A DNA stretch of 62,687 nt, counting the filler, from Rhabdomonas costata (Eukaryota): assembly GCA_019059605.1 (NCBI GenBank). It is 37 parts of 37 records of this genome, joined end to end, with 100 filler letters (N's around TTAATTAATTAA, not from the genome) between each part and the next. Parts side by side here need not be neighbours in the genome. Positions count along the whole stretch, not along the records: positions 37,339 to 38,935 come from JAHMHO010012319.1; positions 39,036 to 40,632 come from JAHMHO010012320.1; positions 40,733 to 42,326 come from JAHMHO010012321.1; positions 42,427 to 44,023 come from JAHMHO010012322.1; positions 44,124 to 45,720 come from JAHMHO010012323.1; positions 45,821 to 47,418 come from JAHMHO010012324.1; positions 47,519 to 49,115 come from JAHMHO010012325.1; positions 49,216 to 50,813 come from JAHMHO010012326.1; 29 more parts are not named here. One strand, 5' to 3'. The position numbers and the translations under genes were made by a program. Within the stretch, counting starts at the first letter, position 1. Each line of letters starts with the position of its first letter. Below the pieces are notes generated by a model. The model saw only the letters and a list, made by a program, of their open reading frames with translations. It ran no database searches and had not been told where the DNA came from. Shown here one piece after another: positions 37,455 through 49,489 of the stretch.

Positions 37455-38534
37455 TCCTCAGATTATGCACTTCGTTCTGGTTCCTGGCAACAAACCTTTG
37501 ACAAACGAAACAAGCTCTTCCTGGACAAGTATTCTGGGCTCACGGGGGACGTCAAAATCATCCTCGGGGAACGCATGACAGTCACTTACAACATCTGGCC
37601 TGCTGGTCACCTGTTGCCAAATGGTGCTCAGGGTACAGTCACCAGGCTTCTGGAGGATTCAGTCCAACTGCTGCTTGACGACGGCAGGGCGGTCACCGTT
37701 TGTCAAGCCTGCTCCGATGTATGCACACATCCCTCTGTTGTTATCTCTTCACACAACTTTGTATGAGCTCTTTTGATTCACTATTTTCTATTATCCCCAT
37801 TGCAGATTTCTCTACGCCGCTCTTCCGACCAGCTTCGGCGAAACCAACTTCCCCTTGAGCTGGCGTGCGCGAACACCATCCATGGCTGTCAAGGGGAAAC
37901 AGTGCCCTGCATGGCGACCACGGTTGACGACTCCAAGGAGAACCACTTCTGGAGCAGATTAATGTTATTCACTCTGATTACCAGGGTGCAGCGATTACGG
38001 GATATTTACTTTTGCGGCACACTGTCCACCGCTGCGCTGGGAAGACTTTTGTCTCAAAGGACCCACTGGCACGCTGCGGCAGACTGGTGGCTCCTTCAGC
38101 GGAACATGATCTCAACTTCTGCGCTGCCGGCGACTACCGCACTCGACCACACTGCACAACCATCCCCGTTCTACGAGAAAAGCATCTTGCCTCCTCCTGA
38201 AGGACTGTCCACGGTCTACGTGCTCTACTCCGCCACTGTGCAGGACCATTACGTTGGCTCAACGTGCAACATGCCGAAACGGCTGGCGCAACACCGCTCC
38301 GGTCGTGCTGCTGACCGGACATTCAATGTATACGACTGGATCCTGAAGGCCTGTGTCCTGGGGTTTGACTCCTCCCCCGGCGGTTTGCAGGAAGCACGCT
38401 CCTTTGAGACGCGCTTGCAGATTAGATGGTACCGCTCTCATCCTGGACTGGATCACATCCTGCTGGCGGCAAAGCAGCTTTGTGATGAGCTACGTGCAAC
38501 CAAGAACCTCTTTCTATGGATTGATTACGTTTGA
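37455..38534 (+). CDS. Pif1-like SF1B helicase C-terminus fused to an SLX1-like GIY-YIG nuclease (intron 37719-37805), 5' partial; possibly a Helitron-like element
   Basis: Spliced frame: GLTGDVKIILGERMTVTYN...LPNGAQGTV...SD|ISL...RNQLPLELACANTIHGCQGETV...LFTLITRV (Pif1 motifs IV-VI). It continues without a stop into TVYVLYS...HYVGSTCNMPKRLAQHRSG...W...VLGF...ARSFE (GIY-YIG with the conserved R, H and E). Confidence 0.85.
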
Positions 38535-41500
38535 GAGCTGAACTGTACAGTGCATTGCCGTGCTCGTGCTTTTCATGCCGCGCTTGGTGCAGCCCACCAC
38601 ATTTTCAGAGTCAAACACTCCTCATAATACAAACCGGTTGCTTCAGGGTGTATTCCGGGATTGATACGTTTGCGAACCTAATCCTGGGCTTGGACATGGT
38701 GATGGGGAGGGGGGGGGTGCAGTGGTACCATATTACCTTTTTCCCAGCCTTTCTTCTGCCTGTCTTGTTGTCTCCATACCACCTCATGATTAAGGATATG
38801 TTGCGGAACTCCCACCCAACTCCCCGCCGCAGGCTATGGCCAAAAAAGGGGGCACCCGCAGGGCCTGAGGGGCAGATCCTCAGCGCGCTCAAGGGTGATC
38901 TTTTACTCCCCCCCCCAACCCAAACACACCAACACNNNNNNNNNNNNNNNNNNNNNNNNNNNNNNNNNNNNNNNNNNNNTTAATTAATTAANNNNNNNNN
39001 NNNNNNNNNNNNNNNNNNNNNNNNNNNNNNNNNNNTGTGTTTGTGAAGTCGCAGCTTATGGCGACGTTTCCAGAACTCAGTGGTTTGTTCATGAGGACAA
39101 CAACTTAGGATGATTGTCCATGAGGTTCTTCGGGTCCTTGAGAATCTTTGGTGAATCGCAAGCCTCTGGCCACGCCCACACATGACTTCAAACTATCACG
39201 CGTGCAGACCATGCCAGATCGGATCGCTCATGCCGCAAACGTGGTGCGAATAAGGTACTGAACTACTCGTCCTCGCACCCTGGCAAAATAATTTTCGTGC
39301 TTGGTGCCGGAAAAACCACCCCAGTGCCGGAAAAACCACCCCAGTGCTTGTTACACCTGCACACACGATCCCTTTTTCTCCAGAAATTCCACACAAAAAG
39401 CCGGGGGAACTGGATATGTTACCCACGGGAATCGATTACTACATGCTGCAGAAGAGACAAAACTTGCATCTGGAAGATGCCATCTACAAGCTGAAGTACC
39501 GTCAACTCCTGTAGTTTCAGAAAATGGATGCATTCCCAAACTCTCCAACACACAGAAACGGGAAAGACGATGCACACCGACAAGCGTGCCAGGAGGAGGG
39601 GGGGCGCACGACCGAAGACTGGGCGCAATAGTAGGGGTAGAAAAAACACAAAACATAAATATGCTGAATACGCGGGCGCGGCGGTGTAGAACGAAAGGGC
39701 AGATTGAAATAAAACCGTGTCATGTTGTGCGCCGGTATGGGGGGCCGCGGTCGCGGTGAGGAATACGGGGTTTGCTTCGCGGCGTGTCACCGACCGGCTT
39801 GGTAACCGGCTACAGTGATGGCTGCTACGCCCGGAAATCCGGAAACCAAGACCGACGGATTCGAACCGCTGCTCGGTCCAATCCTCAACAAGGGATCGGG
39901 ATAAAATCCCCCAAAGCGTCGCCAATGTCGCCAATAAGATGAAGCCGCTCTTCATTCCCGGCGGCCGCCGAGGAGCAAAATGCAGGCACGAAAAAGGGCC
40001 GCAACAAGCCAGTCGGGCACAAGGTGCCCTAGGTATGGAATGCCAAGCCCCTTGGGGCAAAGGATTCCGGCCCACCGGGGTTTGGTGGGACCGGTGCGGG
40101 AATTTCAATGTCAAAGCTGCTCCTTTTTGATCCCTGGCTTCTTGTTTTGAGCTCGCAAGCCGTGATTCAATTTCATCCTCATCCTATAAATTGGCTTCTT
40201 TGAATCATTTTGTGAACGGGAAGAGCCACACCAGAGTGGAACGTCAAGATGTTTCCCCTGAGGCAGGCAAGGTTCACACCCACCCGCCTGCACTTTGGGT
40301 GGGAATATGTGTGCGACGGGCAGCAATGGTGGACAGCGGATTCCACTCATCTGCTGCCCAGCGAAAGAGCGAGATGGCTACTCCGGCTGATGGTGTGACC
40401 ATCCATCGGCTGGAGGGAAAAAGTGCCCCTAAATGTATCAGCTAGCCAGCAAGAGGTTGACACTTTGTAATGTGAGTTTTCCAGAAGGAAGCGGTTTCTT
40501 CAACGCGCAGCTCTTGCTCGTATGTTACCATTTCCGAATGTCGTGGGCTTGACCGAAGACGATGAAGAATGGTAACATACGAGCAAGAGCTGCGCGTTGA
40601 AGAAACCGCTTCCTTCTGGAAAACCCACACCCNNNNNNNNNNNNNNNNNNNNNNNNNNNNNNNNNNNNNNNNNNNNTTAATTAATTAANNNNNNNNNNNN
40701 NNNNNNNNNNNNNNNNNNNNNNNNNNNNNNNNGCCCGCCTGCGAGAGAGACGGTGGCAGGGAAGCCTAGATGGGGTGAATCTTGCAGCCTTGCCATGCAC
40801 AGGTTGCGCTTACATCGCAGTATGCCCTCCCCCTGGTTGGTTCCCTCTCTCTCATGCGTTCTCTTTCCTCCTTTGGCACTGCCCTGGACCCCGGACGCTG
40901 AAAGATATACTTCCCATGGAGTCCCCCCTTCGGCCTTGTTTCTGTGGGTATGCGGCCCCCATCCACTGACGCCTCCAACGTCGTGACCTCTCCTCTCTCT
41001 GCTCCTCGCCTCCACAGCGACGGTTCAGCGGATAGCTTGCGGTAACCAATTTTGTGCAAGTAACAGAAATGGGGGTCAGCAAATGTCAAGGCTCAAGCGA
41101 AACAAGCTTCCACACTCCGTACGCGGCATTGCTTGGTCCTGGGCTGGGTCTAAGAACAATTCGCCCAAGAAATAGTGGTGCATAAACGCACAAACCAAAT
41201 TTGCTTAGCCACTGTTTCATTTTAGTCTTGCTGGTTCGTTTCTTTGGAGACTGCGGTCTTTCTGCTGAGCCCATGACCACATCACATTCCCTTCAACATG
41301 TACACACCACCTCAATCTCCTGCACAGTGCGCGCTTTCCCCCTCGGCGTTTCATAATGGGGTGGCTCCTTCACAAGTGCCTTATGTTGATCCGTGGGTTG
41401 GTCCGTGCCTTGGCATCCTTGCCGTCTTGTGCTTTTTCTGTGCTGTCGTTGTCCCCTTCTTTTTTTATCTCTGCTACGCAAGCCACTGATTGCTGTTGGC

Positions 41501-44123
41501 CTGCCGATGCCCTCCCCTCCGTGTGGCCTCCGGTCATGCTGTATGATTTGGGAGGGCCACGGCTCAGCCGAAGAAAAGAGCGTCCTGGCTGGAGCTCTGG
41601 GGAGGCGACGAGAGTTGGGAGTGAAAGAGAGTTTTTTGTTCGGTCTTCCATCCAGAGTGGTGGCCACTGTGCGCAGGAGAGAAGGAACGGGGGTGTAGGG
41701 GAGGGCACCCGGGTGTCTCCTGCATGCGCCATCGCTGGGCGCCAGAAGGAGTGGGATGGTGGCTCCACTCTAGCGGGAGAGTAATGTACCATGAGCTGCA
41801 CTTGACAATGATGGCTTGCTTGCTTCAGCACTTGTTTCTTCGTTCGTGCGAGTGTGTGGATTCACGGAGCATGTTTTTGGGAGACTCCGTGATGGCTCTG
41901 TGCTCTATTCGCAGTAGTAAAGGGGAACGGCTTTCGCCAATTCATGCACAAGCATGCACAAGTCTGACATTGACAGCGTTTTTGTAATTGGTATGCTGCT
42001 GATAATTCCTGGCTCCAATTCGCAACAACCAAAATATCCGCCCGAATCGAGTGGCAACAGAAATAACCCCTTCCATTCCTGGTGTATTTCGATTGGTAGC
42101 ATTAAGGGTGTATTCTTGCCCGTATTCTAACCCCAAACTGCTGTCCCTTCATGGCCATTTTCAGGTGCAGCACACACGCAACGGGCTGGGAGATTTTTGA
42201 CAGGTTTCATAAAAAACACTTGCTTACAGCGCGGGTATATGGCATCAAGAGGAAAAAAACGAACCCGCTACTGGCCAATTGTAGGACTGCTTTAGTTAGA
42301 AAAAAGCGCCCGGACCCCCCACACCANNNNNNNNNNNNNNNNNNNNNNNNNNNNNNNNNNNNNNNNNNNNTTAATTAATTAANNNNNNNNNNNNNNNNNN
42401 NNNNNNNNNNNNNNNNNNNNNNNNNNTTGTGGTTTTGTGCCGCTGGGCTTAGGTAGCATATGCTGTCTCTTGGTGAACACGCAAGGATGCAAACTCTCGA
42501 TTTGCGGTGTAGCCTGCTATAGTATAATAGCCTTTTTTCCGTAATACATTATACTGTATTATCATTATACTGTAATGATATTATAGCGTATAATACCATA
42601 ATACGGCCCGTATGATGCCATAAAAGTATAATGGCTATCATACCCCATTATACGGGGCAACCCATCCTCCCAAGTATCTTTTCACCGAGCTTAACATGGC
42701 ATGCCACATTTGTATATGCCAGACTCACCAGAGTATTTAAATGCGGTACCACGTGGCGTGCGCTGCAAAATTCGGCATGAATAATTACGTATTTTAGGTC
42801 CTCCGCCATGTCTTTTAGAGCACTTCTGACGGCCCCACACCCTGGCTTCTTTTGTTTTCGCCAGCCTTGATAGTTCCATGTGGTAGTTCCATGTGGTCCA
42901 TACCACTTGCATCTCTCTAAGTGCACATGCGCGTGCGTTTGTGTGAGGGAGTTGGTTCCACTCAGCGCTGGCTGCCTTCCAGTGTCATCGGTGGACGGGG
43001 CCGAGTGGGTTTGGGGTGTTGCCGGGCAAGCCTGCTTGACCCTTGAGAATTCCTACTGTTGTGTGTATCTGTTTTTATGCCACGCTGTACAGGGCGGCCC
43101 TTTCCTACACCCAAGTCACCACAAGGTACATGCGTGGCTGGGGAGCTTCCTTGTGGAGTTGACGTTTTTGTGCCTAGAGCTCCCTTCCTTCCGATTTTCT
43201 TTTTGGTTTATTCCGCACATCGCTCTCGACACTTTTGAATACTCGATTTTTTCAACTGCTGATTCGAAGATGCGATATAGGCTATGGCTTGAAAATATGC
43301 CAATTAAAATAATCCGATTTGCAAGCTATTTTAGATATCCAGGACTTAGACGCCAAGGAGCCATGATCTAACACCCTACAAAGAAATATCCCCACAAATT
43401 TGCAGACATTATTCCCCGCATTAATTTTCCACTCAGAAACCTGGTTCTGGTCAATTATGCGTCGCAGGAACATGTCAGCGCGGGGATTTAAGTCAAAGTC
43501 AAGCATGGATTTCATGGCGCTTTTTGTCCCCAATAGTCGATTTTTAGTAAATTCCAGCGCTAAGTTTTCTGTCACCGTGCCCTTCTCCTGGCCACTGGCC
43601 GGAATATCCCGTTCCCGGTGAACGCCAGCAAAAATCGAACACGTTTGTCCACGGCGAGGAACATCAACGGGTATTTATGTGAATTTTGGCGTTCCGTTGT
43701 CCGCGCTTTCTTCCGCGACGAGTGTGCCGCTCCTTTCTCCACCTTTTTTCTAAAACAGCGCAGCCGCCTTGCCCTCGACCAGGCTGCGCAGTGGACGCAC
43801 CCACTCCCGTTTTACCTACCAGAACCCGGCCTTTTAGAACTTTTTTTTGCCCTCGGGATCTTTCCCTTCACTTTGGCGGGCAGCCGGGAACCAGGAGCCG
43901 GGCTACGCCGCCACGCCAGGAAATTCCGGGAATTGAACCCGAGCGGCCACGCACCCAGGACAGCCGGACATAACGCCGCCCTGGTCCGAATCCAGAAGGG
44001 AAAAATGCCAATGACAAAAAAAANNNNNNNNNNNNNNNNNNNNNNNNNNNNNNNNNNNNNNNNNNNNTTAATTAATTAANNNNNNNNNNNNNNNNNNNNN
44101 NNNNNNNNNNNNNNNNNNNNNNN

Positions 44124-45720
44124 CACCAGCAGCCATTCCCTGGGACCAGGTGGGCCCGTGCCAGTGCGGCTCTCTGCCTGACTGGGTCCGCCGATTCCAA
44201 GGGCATCTGATATGACGGGAATGGCAGAAGATTGTTGCCGTGAGCTTGCGCGAACGAACTACCCTGTTCGACGTTTCACTGAAGGGGACGGCGCTTCCGC
44301 AGGGCGTGCAAAACTTTCTGAACCAATGTTCTTTGCAGGGAATTTCTTAAATGTGTTGAAGCGAGGTGTTTATACTGTGGTGGTGTAGGAGTGAGCAGGG
44401 AGTTTTGTTGTGAACGTTGGTGGAACCACAGCGGACTTTCATGACAGAGACCCAGCACTGACAAAAAACGACATTGACAGCGGGCTGAACAAGGCGTTGG
44501 GGTAAGGACCTTAGCGGGCGCTCTGGAGCTTGACTGTTTCGAGATTACCGTCTGCGAGGTACGAGATGACACGACGACGTCAAGAATACCCGAGGGAGGA
44601 GCGCAGCGACGACCGAGTAGTGAATGTAGGAGCGCGGAACGCAGTGACGAGCGACCGAGACATTACGAACGAAGTGACGAGACGTCAGTCGAGGAACGTA
44701 GTGAGAGCCGGGCCGGAGGCCCTCTTCAACATCACTATTAGCGGTTCCCTCGGCATACGCCTCAGTCACCCAACATCATGAGTTAGGAGGAGGGGCCGGA
44801 GCGTAGCGGAGGACACGACGACGTTAGAAGAAGGAGCATGAGACCGTAGGGCTCATGCGACGTATCCTCATCGTCACTCCCTCTCACGAAGCAAGGGTAT
44901 CATCATGTCGGGTCTCTCAGTCCTTGGAGCCCCTCCCATCATCACATATACGTGTCACTCCACTCGTTCCACCACAACAAGGTGCTTCCACTCGTTTCGT
45001 CCTTGGCGAAGCCACGCGAATACCCCTCAGGAAGGGTTCAGGTTGAGTTCTGAGTGAGTGGTTGACATCAGAGGGTGCCTGTGGGCTCAGAATCACCCCT
45101 TGCGTCAGGAAAAATTCAACCTTTGTCACTCCCTCATGCTTCCTCTACACCCCCCCCCCCTCTCTCTCTCTCAACGTCCGCCTGTCTCAACCATCGGAGT
45201 GGGTAAGATGCATCGGGTACCTGTGGTAGTGTGGGTTCAGTCCCTCCTGCTACCATCATCCCTCAGTATGGGTGTGACGGTCAGCAGGGTACCGGTAGCC
45301 CCTCACGACCACCATCAGGTCTCAAGCACCAACAACGCATAGCATTCAATCATCACCCTCGGAACTCCTACGCTCTGACCACCGGAGGTAGGAATGGGGA
45401 TGGATGTTGCATGCCGCCCTCGGCGGGCTCCACTTCGGAGTTTGTCACCTTGCGGCTATGCTGATCTCAAAGCTTCGGGCGGAGGTTCATGCTGCGCTGA
45501 TGGCACTGCCTTTTGTGAGGCGGACACCGCAGTTTACGGTAATGGTAGAGGCCACGGCAGTGTGCTGGGAGCGGTCTGCTGAGGTAATGCTGGCACCAGC
45601 AGCCATTCCCTGGGACCAGGTGGGCCCGTGCCAGTGCGGCTCTCTGCCTGACTGGGTCCGCCGATTCCAAGGGCATCTGATATGACGGGAATGGCAGAAG
45701 ATTGTTGCCGTGAGCTTGCG
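44124..45720. other. Self-closing contig: 1470-bp circle or tandem unit
   Basis: 44124-44250 is identical to 45594-45720 (127 bp). Confidence 0.85.
44550..44870 (+). repeat. GA-zipper/GNA-triloop hairpin array related to 434-1295
   Basis: 44594-44614 GG-GA-G-GA-GC-GCA-GC-GA-C-GA-CC; 44710-44722 GGGCC-GGA-GGCCC; 44836-44858 GCATGAG-A-CC-GTA-GG-G-CTCATGC. It shares GAGGAGCGCAGCGACGA, CAAGAATACCC and GACCGTAGGG with contig 1. Confidence 0.85.
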
Positions 45721-47549
45721 NNNNNNNNNNNNNNNNNNNNNNNNNNNNNNNNNNNNNNNNNNNNTTAATTAATTAANNNNNNNNNNNNNNNNNNNNNNNN
45801 NNNNNNNNNNNNNNNNNNNNGTGTCGCTGGAGCAACCCGCTGCGCATCGAAAAACCGGACTGCATCCCGAGGACACACGCACACCGGTTTTCGAGCTTAG
45901 CGTTGTATTGAAAAGCGGTGAAAAAGGGTCCTCGGGGATTAAAACAAGAACCCAAAATAGAAGGGGCATAAAATGGACAACAATACTACCGTGTTACCCA
46001 TTGTTTACCACAGAGTTTTAAAAACCTTCCACCTCCACCGACGATGGCATGCCTTATTTGCCTTATTTTTGGTCCATTGCCCACCCTCTGCACCCATATC
46101 GTCGACGTTGGATTGGATGCTACCAGGCTAGTGGGAAAAATCAAAACATGAACAAGAATCATTGTTCAATCTTTCCACAATAATGGCCCCAGTTTAAATG
46201 TGAGATATTATTGAGCTACAACCTCTTCCGTTGGGCCAGCCGGCAACGCTGTCCCTAGAGCAGGAAAAGGGTGCCTGCCTTTACTGTCTCCGACGGCTCG
46301 AGAGGCGGATATGTACAAAAGGGAATGCTCAAACTGCCACCCATGGCATCCGAAATCGGCACACCCAACAAACAGATACGCAGCAGTGAAGGAGAAAGAG
46401 CTGAATGAGGGTACCTGAGTTGATGGCGGAAGAGTACTCGATCGCCCACGCACAGGCCGACCCGCACGCAGGACCAGTGCCAGCACTATTCCCCGTGGCG
46501 CATTGGCCGGTTCCCCCCGAGCCAAAGCCCCACCCACAGACTGCAGAGTTCGTAATGCAGCTGCTATAAGTCGAATACGTTGAGCACCCTTTTTGCAAGC
46601 GATGGGGAGAGCAGAGTACCTTGGGGAAGGAAGGGACGTGACCCTAACGCAGATCCAGTGCCTTGAGAAAGGTCCCCCTAGGTCCTGGCATATGCAAGAG
46701 GTCCGGAAAAAAGCAGCCCTTCCAGAGCTAAATTCCTGAGATCCCGCTCAGATTCACCAGAGCGAAGTGCAGCCGGGGGGAGTAGCCTCCATTTAAGGCC
46801 AAAACCATCAGAAATCGGGTCAGCTGTTCAAAAGAATGTGTCTAGTGTGTCCAAAAAGTTACTGGGATGGTATTATTTCGGGGTTGCAGCGGAAAGGAAA
46901 GATGGATTGCCAACTCACGAAAATGAAACCAAAAACAAGCACAACTTCAACAGGTTCTCAACCTGCGATGCAGATATAAGGTTCGGTTATGAATGATGGC
47001 ATCGATGCAGTAAAAAGACAGAAGGGGTTCGCGACACACACCACGCTGAGATGCATTTTCAGTGACACGACACATATCATGGCATTCCTTCCAGCGCCGT
47101 CTTCACCACATTCACCACACCAACCCCATTCTCTGCCGACGTTCAAAAGCGCCTGTACATTTCATCTGCGCTCATGCATACCTTCCTGTATCTGTCGCTC
47201 CCCACCCTCCCTCATTAGCAACAGATCAACTGGGACATCTTCTCTTCCACACTGCGCTCTTTTCTGCTTGGCGTGCAAGCAATAAAATTCCCATCATCGT
47301 CAACATTCGCAAGGTGGAGACCCGAAAGCAAATCAAGGCGAACAGTGAAGAGGTAGATAGGGGTGGTCCATCGAGGGTGGGATATGGGGACTGCAGCCAA
47401 GGTCCCCCTATCCCACCCNNNNNNNNNNNNNNNNNNNNNNNNNNNNNNNNNNNNNNNNNNNNTTAATTAATTAANNNNNNNNNNNNNNNNNNNNNNNNNN
47501 NNNNNNNNNNNNNNNNNNGTGCTCACGTCAGCTCTTTTTCTGTTTTTTG

Positions 47550-48797
47550 GTATACACGGATGATCAGGACTGGCATGTTTGGCAGAAGAAAGGTGATCCT
47601 GTGCTGCACATTGACTTGGTCCGGTGGGCTGACATGCTACTTATCGCCCCGCTCTCTGCAAATACAATGGCAAAGGTGAGCTACGTGACCCCCACCGGGC
47701 AACACCCCATAGAATTTCTTGTTTCCATTCGATTTCTTTTTGTTCCTTCCATCCTGAATGTAAGCGTTGCCGGAATCTTTGGAATATCAGCAAACCATTA
47801 ACCTTGGGGGTGTTTTGTTGAATGTATTTTGCCGCTTTCTTGCATCGCAAGCATGTCTGGCTGTCTGTCTGGGCAGCGTCGGCGTAGCCGTCACCTGCAG
47901 TGAGTTTGCTTCGGCTCCCCCATCCCTCCATCCGCCTCTTTTGTGTGGGTCCTGGGTCCTGCACCTGCCGAAGGAGCAGTTCCCTCCCCATCTCATATTT
48001 TTCTTCACTTCCTCCCCCTCCCTTTTCGCTTCTGTGTGTTTCGGACAATGAAAACTCCAGTTATACATACGTTTGCTGTTTACCTGCCCTGTGGGCACTG
48101 GCGCCCTGTCTGCGCGGGCTTGCCTAGAGTGAAGCAACAGTGTCCTAAAATAACCAAGTCATGATAACTGTGTCAATGTGCAGCAAATATATCACAGTTT
48201 AAGGCCGAGCATTTTCACACGACTGGTAGCCGAATCCAAAATCATCGATCAGCACAGCGTCTGCTCAGCGTTTGTGACTACGTTTGTATCTTTATGTGAT
48301 GGAAAACACACAGCCCTTTCTCTTTTGTGAACATTTGGGTGGTGATACAGCTCGCGCATGGGCTGTGTGACAACCTGCTGACCTGCGCAGCTCGAGCCTG
48401 GCCTGTGCGGCGAAAGCCCGTGGTGGTGGCTCCCGCCATGAACACGGGGATGTGGACCCACCCTCTGACTGCACCGCAGACTCGGGTTCTGACCGAAGAC
48501 CTGGGGTTTACCATCGTCCCTCCCATTGTTAAGACACTGATGTGTGGAGACCATGGTATTGGAGCCATGGCCGAGGTTGGGCAGATCGAGGAAACGGTGA
48601 GGAGGACTTGGGCGGCGTCTGGTGACCACTTGGCAGCAGTGGAAGCGGCAAGGTTTGGCCCGTGTGATATGAGTGAGCTCGAGGATAACTCCGGGGTTCC
48701 TGACTCCCTGGAAGCGAATTCAAGCGTAAAGCCTGGAACCGTGGATCAACGGTGGCTGACAATGGAGGGAGGACAGAGTAGCGATCGCCGAGTTTAG
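47550..48797 (+). CDS. PPCDC: Phosphopantothenoylcysteine decarboxylase (HFCD flavoprotein), exons about 47550-47675 and 48351-48797, 5' partial
   Basis: YTDDQDW...GDPVLHIDLVRWADMLLIAPLSANTMAK|LAHGLCDNLLTC..RAW...APAMNTGMW...KTLMCGDHGIGAM. The catalytic His, Asn and Cys are present. Confidence 0.95.
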
Positions 48798-49333
48798 CGA
48801 GGGGCTTGTCGCGAGAATCTCTGTTTTACTCTCTCACTCAAGCACGCGCGCGCGAGGCGAGAAATATCGAACAGAAAGGGACTTCTTCAGCGAAACACAA
48901 AAAACCTGCACAGGACAGAGGCGCAGCTGTTTTCTTGTCGTTGACCTCCGTTGCGGAGCATTGTTCGATTGAAATTTTCGGGAACGCGATGTTTTGGATT
49001 CAGCTGGCCGTCCTTCCTTTGCGATGAGTTGACAAACTGTGCAGTCTGTATACAAACGCAGATAACGATGAAGCAGTTCATGAATTCAGCGCAGGGGAAG
49101 GACGGCCAGCTGAATNNNNNNNNNNNNNNNNNNNNNNNNNNNNNNNNNNNNNNNNNNNNTTAATTAATTAANNNNNNNNNNNNNNNNNNNNNNNNNNNNN
49201 NNNNNNNNNNNNNNNCAACTGGTGAACAGCAAATTGAACCCTTACCTCTGGTTCCAACAAAAGAGGGCTGTTTGCAACTGTTAAGGAAGACTTAGTGACA
49301 GCCACGTAACAGCCACGAAAAAAGACCCCTCCC

Positions 49334-49336
<3 letters not shown>

Positions 49337-49364
<28 letters not shown>
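49337..49364 (+). repeat. (AC)n microsatellite
   Basis: Perfect dinucleotide run. Confidence 0.9.
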
Positions 49365-49367
<3 letters not shown>

Positions 49368-49375
49368 AAAGACAC

Positions 49376-49489
49376 CAGCTCCTCGAGGTACCGCTGGATC
49401 TTCATCTCAAGAAGCGCGACTTTCTCGTAGAAGTTCCGCCGCCGCTGCTTCCGTGACTGCTTGGCCAGCGGCCCGGCCTCCGCCTCCCC
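49376..49489 (-). CDS. Probable internal exon of an unknown protein
   Basis: TTGCAG|GEAEAGPLAKQSRKQRRRNFYEKVALLEMKIQRYLEEL|GT, 114 nt, GC-rich. Confidence 0.6.

Noticed and set aside
39304-39347. Tandem duplication of GTGCCGGAAAAACCACCCCA
   Set aside because: Two copies with no spacer: an ordinary local duplication, not an array.
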